Of a stretch of 64,000 nt of DNA, positions 26,851-38,300 are shown piece after piece. How positions within the stretch are numbered: position 1 is the stretch's first letter; each line of letters starts with the position of its first letter. Below the pieces are notes generated by a model, which had not been told where the DNA came from, made no database searches, and saw nothing but the letters and a program-made list of their open reading frames with translations. A program made the position numbers and the translations under genes. This stretch comes from Lepidodermella squamata (taxonomy: Eukaryota; Animalia; Gastrotricha): assembly GCA_047495785.1 (NCBI GenBank), contig JBLDXI010000007.1:2976001-3040000 (forward strand), read 5' to 3'.

Positions 26851-28236
26851 ATGGCTGGACCGCTATGCTTGTGTGCTAATCCAAGCCAATGTCCCACCAG
26901 ATCAAGTCAGTTTCGCAAAACGTTGGCATCATGGATTACGATTTTTTTAGAAGAAGCCCTGGACGACATTGATGCAATGCCCAAAGACGTTTCGTTTCAA
27001 GCTTGTGAACACGAAGATCCTATTTCCATTTGTAAACACAAGTGTTTGGGTGCAGACTTGAAACTTATGCCTTGTGAAATGTTCGGCTGCTATCATTTGG
27101 ACATTAACAAGAACGACGAGATTTACCCAAGCAATCTGTTCAACCAGCTCATTGATCGCTGTGAGCACCATCTGCAGCTGGAGAAGTCAGATGGCCAGTT
27201 CACGCCACTTGATGCTTTGGCTCTCTATTGGGCGGTTTCGATCGACCACCCCAGGCTTTTCAAGAAGGTTTACCGAAAGAAGCGAAACCTCATACCCGAT
27301 TGCTTTAAGGACCATCTGCTGTTTGTTGCTTTCGATCTAGACAGAGGCGTGATTGAGGATTACTCTGAAAGCCTGGATAGGGATGGAACTCACATTTCGG
27401 ATTCTATTGCTGACCTTTTGCTTAATGATGGCGTCAAAAACGACGAAGCAGAAGATGTTTCTGGTGAGCTCTGAATAACAGGACTGCCATTTTGTTATTA
27501 TTTTGTTACAGGAATGATCTTCACTCTCTGTGTTCAATACAAACTGACAACGCCCCCATTCGATGACGTTTCTATTGAGAGCTTCAGTCCGTTGTTAGTG
27601 ACAGCGATGAGACTAGCTGGTGAAGTGCCAACTCCGCGTGATCAGTCGTTTTTTGAAACCTCTCTCGCCTACATGGTACCAGCTGTTTCGCACAACCCGG
27701 CCATCACAGAATGGTTCTGCCAAGTTTCAGCTTCGAAGAAAATCGACTGGGCCTCGTTGTTCTTCCTATTTGAAACTCCGGAGCAAATTACGATTAGGTT
27801 CAGCCTTGCAGCAGAATATCTCCTTTTGCCGTTACTGCGAGCTGGTTTCAAGGCCAATGGGAGCTTCGATGAATTTGATTTTGCCGCATTTTTCATGGAG
27901 TATCTAATGGCGTTCGGCAATGAAAAGGCTGAACAGAAGATGTATCTGGTGTTTGGCCTTACTTTCGCGAATCGCCGCCGCATCAATTTTCGGAGAATTA
28001 CGAAGTGGTATCATGAGTCCTCGGGGGATGAGGCGATCAACACCAGCCATGAAGACGTAGCTCGTCTTTTCGCTGAGGTCTATCCGTTCTCTCTTCAGAG
28101 CTTGGCCCGAATCAGTATTCTCGGAAAACTGCCGTTTGGTCTGAAGCGCCGCAGAGCGGCCATTGACAAACTTGAACTCCCGTCATGCTTGAAAGCTTAC
28201 CTAAATTTCGAAGATTTTGAGGCTGCTTTCAATTGA
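26851..28236 (+). CDS. SOCS-box family copy 10 (exons 26851-27463, 27512-28236)
   Basis: G|GTGAGC...ACAG 48-nt intron; YPFSLQSLARISILGKLPFGLKRRRAAIDKLELPSCLKAYLNF. Confidence 0.88.
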
Positions 28237-29121
28237 AGTCTCAATTTTTGTTTCAATTGAACTTGAATTTGTTTCAATCTGCACATAGACTTGCAATTTG
28301 CATGATCACATCCCAGTCTGCTTATACTTTGCTCGAAATCGAGCCTGATTTGATCCATCATCATGTCACGATAATTAACCCAACCATTTTCACCGATGCT
28401 ATGTACAAATTAAATGAAAGATTGTAAAATAAAGATGTGTGCCCAGAGGAGTATGGCTTTTTAGTCACTTGAAGCTGAATGACAAAAAATGGTTCACCGT
28501 GGTTGCTTGGCGACGACTTTTGAGGCAGTTTTCTATCAGCTGCGAAGCGGAAGATGATAGGCCCGCGCTAAGAGAAGACTCGATGCTTTGGCAAGTCGAT
28601 GTAAATAGCGCGAACGACTCTTCCGTTACACATCGATTGCGACCATTCTTGGGTGAATTTAGCTGCGCACATCAAGATTAAAAATAAATGAAAGTGTTAA
28701 TATTTCAGCTGACTTTTCAATGCCAATACATCTGCTGAATAACTTCTGGGCCCTATTTACTGTTAAATAGATGGCGCATGTGAGATCGATTTTTAGGTCC
28801 ATACACGTGACGATAGTGCGTTTAGCCTGAGGTGATATGCCTTACGTTGATAGCCTGTAAATATTTCAGATGAATAACGGACCATTCAAGACTGTGCAAG
28901 ATAAAGCTGATGCAGTTGGGAAGCGTGCATTTTTTATGACGGATAAAATATCGCAGAAAAGTTGATAATACATTAATGATAATTAACATTGATATCGATC
29001 AATCTAAAGTTAGCTGCGGTTCATACATTTTTTTATGAGCCCGAAGTTCTTAAAGAGTCAACGAGCAATTCCGACATCTAAAGCCGTTAAATTATTTTGT
29101 CGAATCTAGTCGAGACTTCCC

Positions 29122-29253
29122 ATGAAATTTTGCTCTGTCATCGTAATTCTTTGCAGTCTATTTCGTTGTTCATATCAGATCCCGGGCGCTTCGTATACTC
29201 TTTGTTCCTCTCCAACATCAATCGACGCTTCGGTTGAAAAGCTATTCTCCTAG
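29122..29253 (+). pseudogene. Truncated paralogous copy of the N-terminus of the multi-lectin gene (43 codons)
   Basis: MKFCSVIVILCSLFRCSYQIPGASYTLCSSPTSIDASVEKLFS* versus ...APGDSYTLCSSPVSIDASVQK at 29370-29435. Confidence 0.7.
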
Positions 29254-29317
29254 CTTGCCATTCGACAATTCTTATTTTTGTCATACAATATTTTGTAATA
29301 ACACCGTGAAAGGTCAA

Positions 29318-32300
29318 ATGTTGTTCGCGCTGGGTGTTGTTATCAGCGCGTTTATACACATTTCTGATGAAGCACCGGGAGATTCGTATACTCTATGCTC
29401 ATCCCCTGTATCAATCGACGCTTCGGTTCAAAAGTGGGGCTATATTCAAAGTGATAGGTATCCGAACTACTACAGAATGGGGGTCTCGTGCAATTTCGAG
29501 TTCAAGGTCGCCAACCCCTACTACGACTACATTTCATTCAGGGTACTCGAATGGAATCACGACGGATCAGGCGGTGACAGACTTCAAGGCTGGACAAATA
29601 CTGGATCCGGCTATAATTATGTTAATTGATAGGCATCTGATAATAGTGGGACATAATCACACATATTTTACAGCTCGTGGATACGTGGATGCATATCGGA
29701 GGAGATTGGTTCAACAGCCAAAGGAACGTTGGTCATTTCCAGATGAGATGGTCTAGTGACACTTATAGCTACTACGCTTATTATTCTGACCCTGCAAAAT
29801 TTCGCCTGACCTGGACATATCAGCGAGCTGTGTTCGGCTGTGAGCTGAGCCCACAACCATACATTTTCCCGAACACTTCTAGACATGGAGTGCTGACGTC
29901 ACCCTTTTTTCCGGATCCGTACCCGACTAACGTGCAGTGTAGTGTGATCATCGATGTCGACCAGTCTGTTGATTCGGTGGAACTTGTCACTAATCAGTAT
30001 GATCTAGAAGATGGGGACAGCCTGACGCTTTCCGTCGGTGACGCGGCTTGGGGCAACTGGGTATCTTACAAATCATTTGCCGGGAATCCGGGAACTCTTC
30101 GACTGTACGGAGTTGACGTCAAGATAACATTCACGTCGGATCACAAAGCAGTCAGCTACGGCTATCAAATTTATTGGCGCCTAATATCCAAAGGTAAATT
30201 TAGCGTAAAATCGAACTTCAGTTTATCCATGAATTGTAATAATAGAGCGATATTCGTTGTACAAACCGGAGAGTTTAATCGGACTATGGCCTCTCACAGC
30301 GGCTCACCGCGGGAGAGACTTGATTGGAGGTTGCGACCCTTTGGTTTACCCAACGACAGGGAGCATCACGCCAGCCTATGGCCCTTTCGGTTCGATTGGA
30401 GGAGGGTTGTACTTCAATCAGGCCTATCTCAACATGACAAGTCCAACATGCCAAGCTTCCACAACTCTGACTGGGAGCTACGCGATATCCCTCTTCGCCC
30501 AGTCGAGATTCGCAACGACACTAGCGGAGTGGCTTTATAATCCCGCTGGCGGAGGCTATGGCGTGCACGTGACTTACGATACTCCAGGTAAGGCGTGGTT
30601 CAATCCACAGCTCCAGGGTGGTGGGACCGATTACATCACGTGGACTGTTCCATCGGTAGACAAATACCAATTCATCTCCGCCCAATTTGACGCAGCAACG
30701 AAAACTGCCACCGCCTTTCAGGACACCGTAATCAAAGGGCAAAAGATTTCTACAGGTGCAGTATCGCAATCAGGACAAGGATTCCTTATCGGCTATCGTG
30801 ATAATCGCCTTGTAAATGGTGGAAAACTGTTTTTGTCGCGCCTATCTTGTCTGAGTGTCTATAACAAGACAATGTCAGCCGAAGAGTTGACCCAAGTCCG
30901 ACTTATGTGCAGCAAAATTCAGCGTCAATACGAAGTTTTCGCCCCGAATAGCCTGATGGGATGGTGGCCCCTGGATGGCTACGACAGCAACATGGTCTTC
31001 GATGACATCAGTGGAAATCAGAGGCACGGTGTCTTCAATCAAATCTCGGGCATCACAGTCGCAACCGGTCCCAATAACATGACTAATGCAGCACTGAATT
31101 TTAACGGTGCCTCGAACGCTTGGGGTTCTGTTGTCAGCGACTTCACTGCCATGAAAAGTGCGTTTACCATCAATATTTTCGTTAAGTCATCCACTGCGAG
31201 TCGAATGGGAATTTTAATGTTCGGCGAGGCCGGTTACGGTGGTTTGAGCGTATACCGACACGGCACTGCTACTCAATTCCACGTTAACATATTTGCCAAC
31301 AGCAATCAAGGCGTAGATCCAGTTGTCGACGGTATAGACTACTCGCAATGGATCTTTCTGTCAGTAACTTTTGATAAGAGAGCTGGCAAATTGGTGTTTT
31401 ATTCTAACGGCGCTCAAATCTACTCAAGGGTCACAGGAGCTGTCACCGTTGGGATAGATCCCACCCTAGGCTTTCTTTTGGCCATACCGTGGACAGCGTC
31501 CGACAAGGTTCCATGGGTGGGGCAAATGTCCTGCTTGTCCATGTATCAAGTGGCTCTGAATTCAGCCCAGATAAAAGACGTCATGGATGCATGCTTATCC
31601 GGCCATCGTAGACCGGCAGTATTTCCCGAAATATACGGATTTTGGCCTCTCACTGGTTTAACAGGAACACTTGACATCAGCGGCAACGAGTTTCATGGCG
31701 TCCCCAAGTCATCAAATGTAGTATCGACTGACGGTCCGTATGGAGTTCCAAATACTGCCTTTCAGATTGGGAACGACACTAACAGCTATTTAAACTTTCC
31801 TTATGCTGACCTGAACTTGGGTACAGGATCTTGGACAATTTCGTGTTACGTGAAAAATATGGACTCTGCAGGCGGTCCACTTCTTGAATATCTAGTCGCT
31901 GGCAATCTACCTGGTTTTCATATCTGGGTCTATGCCTCGACGTTTTACGCCAATTTTCAGAATGGATTTGATACAGCTGTGGATGGTTACAACTGGCAAC
32001 TGTGGCAATTCATCACAGTAAGATATGATTCGAAAAACGGCCAAGTTGCAATGTTTCGCGACTCAGCTCTACTTGGAATGTGGAACTCAGTGCCCAGCGT
32101 CGCGTCAACTTACGGCTTCAATCTCGGAAAACGGATAAATGGCGGAGCATACTTAAAAGCGAAGGTTGCATGTTTGACGGTTTATGCAAGAATGCTGATG
32201 CAAGACGAAATAGCGCAACTTATGGGCATGTGCCAGTCATACCTCATGGACTCGGCAATGTACAATGAAACCAGTCGACAAGTTGGCGAAGTCAACTGCG

Positions 32301-35300
32301 ATTTCGACTCTGATTTCTGCGGGTGGACTCAAGATACTAACGACGATGGCGACTGGACCTTGGAACATGATGCTACACCCACGGGACAACCTCAAATTTT
32401 CACAACAGGTCCACGTTTCGGAATTTCAAAGCAACGAAGCGATGGCAAGTTTGAAGCGAATTTCAGTAATTTGTAATTTGTTTAATATCTTCTATTCTGA
32501 AATTAGCACTTGATCAATATGCCCTGATGAACGCTGGCGCTGTGGGTGCTAATGGCAAAGTGGTTCGCATGATATCTCTACTGATTCAACCTGGTTGGAA
32601 GTGCGTCTCGTTCTGGTATTACATGGGCGGAAAGGATGTCAACTATCTGACTGCTACCCTGTTTATTTCTGGTCAACAATTCTGGACGAGGAGTGGCAAC
32701 CAATTCAAGCAATGGCGATTTGCAACGAAATCGATTTACCTTAGCTCACCTGATCAGGTATGAGTAGCCTGTAAGCGGCTCAATAACTGAATTATCTTTT
32801 TTGCAGATTTCCATCACTGCGGCAAGTGGTGCGTCGAAATACTCTGACGTAGCGATCGATGGTGTGCGAGTAACAGATGGCGTTTGTGATGCGCCGAGTT
32901 AGTTGACACCATATCTCACATCGAATATTATATTCAGCTAATGATTATAGCTCCGTGCCCCAAAGGCTGGATTCAATTTGGAAGGAAATGTTATTTCACT
33001 ATGCTTCCATACGTGGACACATCTTCTAATGCTTACAATATGTGGTGCCGAAGACGATTTCATGGTTATGTTGCTCGTCCCGAGAATCAAGCCGAGTTCG
33101 ATTTCTTGAAAAGCGTCATCGGTTCTACAACTATACATATCGATGGCTACAAATCTGGCTCGAGTTGGCTCGACGCCGACGGTTATCCTATTCAATACTT
33201 GCGTAAAATGTGAATGAAAAAAATTGAGCTTATTACATATCTTTCCTTCCGAAATTAGCCTGGGCTTCAGGACAACCAGGATCAAACACCCTCATTGCAA
33301 TGAGTTCTAGTGGTTTTCTCGGAATAACAAGCTCAGCTACCAATGCTATCGTTTGCGAAATTGACAAGCTGAAAGCGCAGTACATTACTTTCAACTGCAC
33401 GCTCGACGACAAGCACCTGTGCGGCTGGTGGAATCACGACGGGGACACGACCGAATCAATGACTGGAGCTACCCTGGATGCGTGGCGCGACTAATTCCGG
33501 CACGGACTGTGCCAAATTAGCAGCTAACAATACGCCAGTATGAACCCGATGCTCATAACTCGTAGTATGATGGATTTCAGAGCGGTTTCACCTCTAGGGA
33601 AACACCTGTAACAGGTATAAAGTCACATGAGGTGTCATTCGATAGGAAATCGCTTCAATAAGACGTAAAATATTTTTCAATCGATTTGGATTATCGGCTG
33701 ATTTTTCACAATTTAAAATCGATAAATCACTGATGATTCATCGATCTGATGATTCATCCAATCGCTACCAGCTACTGCAAAAACTACGTCATTGACCTCA
33801 CTAATATGGGTCAAGTGGTGCGCGCTACCACTAATAATAATGAAAGTACTATGCAACCCTCAGCTGCCTCTCCCCCTAGCGTGGGGGAGAGGCCTCTATT
33901 TCTTGGGGTTTAAATGTGAGCGAGGGACGATAATCATCTGTTGAAGTTGTTGGTTTCAAGAGACGGGAAGCGCGAAAGAGCTGTTGATCTTCAAGTAGGA
34001 GTTAGTCTCCAACCTTCGCGTCAGTGGCGTCGGTGGCTTAGTGGTAAAAGAGGCTGCGTGTGTAACGAATGAATGAGGGTTCAAATCCTGCAACCTACAC
34101 GCATTTTTATTTTTTATTTTTTTATTTTTATTTTTTTCTGGGCGATCATTGCCAAATGTCGGGTTGCGATAGCCCAGCAGATTTCGGAAGATATTATAAG
34201 CCGCCTGATTTTTAAATAAAATGCTTTAATCTATGCCAACAAACTCAATCAGTATACTTGGAATACCCACTTCAGATAAACTCTGGGTAACAGCTACTTC
34301 AATATTTAATAAGCCGAAACCTGAAAACATAATCTAGGGAGAGGGGGTTGAGATGCCCCTTCCTTTCAGGGAGGGGCGATGGGGTGGGCATGGAAAAGGC
34401 CTTGTTGCCAGACCAACTAAAAAGGGGCTGATCACAAACTTTTCGCGCTAGCAAAGTCAGCCCCCTTGATGGACGCGCGAAAAAACGAAGTTTTCCGGGG
34501 CCGGCTAGGCCCCTACAAAATCTCACTCTGTGCGCCCCGTTAAACGCGACGCCGAGTTATACGGTTGGCCACTTGACCTAAGTTTGGGCTAGGGGATAAA
34601 CTATGATACATACGAACATGCGGAAAATTCCAAAAAATGCGCCTTTTCGCTAAATATTACTAAAAGATTGTTTAGACCTATCGACCATACGGCTGATTTT
34701 TTATGAATTTAAATTACTTTTTTGATTTTTTATGCAAATTACATATTCATGAGCACACTGGGTCATGACCCGGTTAACGGCAACGGCGAGCGCGCACCTT
34801 TATTACCCTCAATAAAATTTTATAACGCGCAAACGAGAATTCGCGATTTTTACCGTAAAACCAGGTTGCCTCCCTTCCCCAGAGGGGGAGGGAGGCATCA
34901 AAAATAATGAGCAAAAAATGCTCTATCTAATGGTGTAAATTTAACGAATATATCACAATCGGCTGATTTTCTATTGATTTTAAAAGGTGCGCACACGAAA
35001 AAATTGTCCACTCTCAAACAGCATTTAGAATTTTCAAGCGCCAGTAACCTCTCTGAGGCTGCGAAATTTGTCGTGGTAAACCCAGATTTTTAGACACTAG
35101 AGAGAACGGCGATTTCTTTGATACTAAGAACGCTCTGAAATTCGCGAGATTTATGATGAAGAAGTGATTTGCGCACTGCACATTTTTAATTTTTTCCAGC
35201 GCTATACATGGCTGATTTTTCACCCGGAATTCATAGGTTTAATAAAATTGTGCGCAGGTTTCGTTTACATAGGCGTATAGAGCAGCTTTCGCTGATTTCT

Positions 35301-38300
35301 TCAAGACCAAACACGTCCTTGTAGTCCTTATCCGGAGCGGGTAAGAATTGCGCGGGAAAACTTGTCCTTTATTTTAATTTTTCAGTGTGCTGTGAGCAGC
35401 TTTTGTTGATGTTTTTCAATAATGCAAGACGTGTTTATTATTTTATAAGGCCTGAACTTAGCTTGATGGAGTAAAAGATTTAAGGTGCGTCTCAAATTTT
35501 CGTAAATTTGAGATTTTAGTGCCAAGATTCTTGCCATCTGACGTAAACTTGTAAAACTATTACAATCTTGGCCGCTCATGCAAAGATGCAAAACAGCTGT
35601 TTCGAAACGAAAAATACGTAATGACCTCTACGAAGTTTTCTGAAAACGTCAATTTAGTAAAAGGACGAAGCATAAGGACCTTGATGACATGTAGTGGTCA
35701 TAGCTTTTCGATGGAACCTATTTCTGTGATATTATTAAAGCAAGCACTTTTCAACATTCTTATTTATATGTTTGTTAGATACAGAGCATTTGAGCTAATA
35801 ATCTCACCCCTGGCGACTCCGAAATGATTTTTTTCACCAGGCTACGTTACTAACGACATTTTTTCGTTCTCAACGTAGAAAAAATTAGAGAACACATGCC
35901 CTCAATCGCGACGTTCTATAATATCACCCAATTTTCTAATATTTTGTGAAACTTCTACATGAACTAGGTTGTCGGTTGCATTTTCAGTCGGTTTTAAGTC
36001 TGTATTCGGGCAAAACGAGATTTAGCTGACGCTATTTTCATGGTTTTTTGGAAGAGTGACCAAAAAGGAACTAACGTCATTTACTTCACGTCATTTTTTT
36101 ACTTTGCTCAAATTTTCAGATAATTTTTTGTCACTTTAATTTGCGAGATTTATTTGTTCCATAATTGGCTTCAAATTTTAACCTCATGTATTTGCTATTT
36201 AGCATTTTTGGTTGGTTAGTTTACGGAATTCTAACAGTCTTTTTTCCATCTTCTCAAGTTTAGATTTTACCGCCATATGAAGCCGATATATGACTTCAAG
36301 CTAATTAAATCATATTTATAGTTAGATTTTTTAATGTTTAGAACTTCATTTTCAATCGCACTAGATTTTTTTGGAAATTTCGCTTGAAATGACAAGAGTT
36401 GGGTTCGGCAAAATTCAAAAAGACAGCACTCACAACTGCTCGATTTGTTCCATACCTAATTTTAATGCCAGAACTCATTGCGCGAGGTGCTCCAAGCACC
36501 ACCCGAAGAGAGACTGTGAGGATGTTACGCTTTCAACAGGTTTTTAGCTCTATTTTTGCCGGTTAATCTTATTACGTTGCACATTAAAGGTCAAACTGGA
36601 CCCGCAGTTCATGTTTCTCTTCCGCTAGTTCAAGGTGAACTTTTCAAGGTGAAAAAAATTGGCGCCATGAATGAATATGTTTTTTCGATATATTATTAGC
36701 CGAAGAACCTGTGCCTGCTGAAAACTTGACAGGTGAAAATTGCCCGAAGTCTTCTACGTTTTATTCTACTAACGTTTCTCGTAGTCTCTTCGGTTGACAA
36801 TACTAGGCGGTCTTATGCCGAAGTTTTAACTGGAACTGGAACAGGCGGTATTGGCATCGCAGGACCTGAACTTGCAAGACGTTTGGGCGGCAGTGGTTTC
36901 CGGTACACTGATTCCGATTATAACCGAACTGATAATATTTTACGTTAGTTTTATAAAGTATTACTAATAATTCGCGGATAGAGGCACTTTGACTTTTGGT
37001 CCTTGATACTCGCGCTTTACGAATAGGAGGACCCACAATAGCTGGTCTTGAAACCGCCAGCCGTAGTACACAGTAGGTAGTAGCCGAATTTTTAACTCTT
37101 TTACCAAATAGTTTAGTTTAGTTTAGTTTTATTTTGCTACGTAAACAGGATGAATATATATATATATGTATCTATCGCATAGATACTAGTTAATTATATA
37201 TAAAAATTAAATATTTGTCGATCAGGAGCCAGGGACACGTCCACTCACATTTCATTTTTGCTTTAGGTTCAGCTTTTTTTTAGCTTTAGCTTTAGAGCCT
37301 ATTTAACCTTGAATTCATCTAAACTTTTGCCGTGCCGTTATGGCGGCGACTGCTCGTAATTGATTGCAGCTGGATTATTTGGATGTTTCTTGTTGGTTAT
37401 TTTTCTGGGCAAAATGCAAGCTGGGCATTTCTGGGCAATTCTGGGCAATTTACGTACTGTAATGACTAATGACTAATGATATCAATTTTCGGCCAAATTG
37501 CCATGGGCCGTGGGCCGTGGGCCGTGGGCCATTTTTTACGGGTTAAGGTCTGCAATTTTTGGGCAGTTTATTGCTCTTTTATAGCTGATTGTTTTTTGTT
37601 CACTTCTCACCAGCGTTTGGCTCAACCGAGATTGTGTTGCCCTTTGATTTTGTTGGTTCTGACAGCGAGTGGCTAATCGAGGTTGCGAGATTAAATAAAT
37701 TTCGAGTCATCGATAACATCGGGCGGGGTGACTGCCAATTTTATGCTGTTAGCGATGCTGCTAAATTCCAAGGGATGAATCACAGTTACCTGGAACTGCG
37801 AAGAATGACGCAGCGTGGTTTAATGACTGGACAATACGACTATCTTGTAGTGCATGATCCTCAAGCCGAAGAAGATGCCCTTAATAACGGCCAACATTTG
37901 CCCAGCAGAAATGTCGAAGAATTGGCACGACGCATAGGATTGCCTGCAGCTCAGGGCGGGGACTGGGGTGACAATGTGTCACTATTGATTATGGCTAATT
38001 GTCTCGATGTTACCATCGCCGTGTTTGACAACCGTAGCCGTCGCGTGTGGCGATGCGGCGATGGGCGGAGGGCGCTTTACATTGCTTATGACCATCAATC
38101 TCCACATTACCAGGCACTGGTGCCTTTGATCGAAGGCGATATATCAGGAAACGGACACGTATCAATGATTTTTCATCCATATCATCAATCGGACGATGTT
38201 ACCAGTCGTGAAGGAAATCAGATGGAGCAAATTGATGGTGAGTGAAACTAATTAAATTGATGGCGAGTTATACTAAGACTTACTCAAAACAGTTAATCTC

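Noticed and set aside
32445-32506. Non-canonical GC-AG intron (G|GCAAGT)
   Set aside because: A canonical GT donor at 32466 has the same phase and gives a 41-nt intron; cannot decide without cDNA.
33428-33468. 41-nt intron that would remove the frameshift in the lectin gene
   Set aside because: No pyrimidine tract, and the splice gives the wrong frame for LPWMRG.
34027-34103. Functional tRNA gene
   Set aside because: A and B boxes are present, but the acceptor stem pairs only partly and there is no convincing anticodon stem-loop; kept as a tRNA-derived unit.
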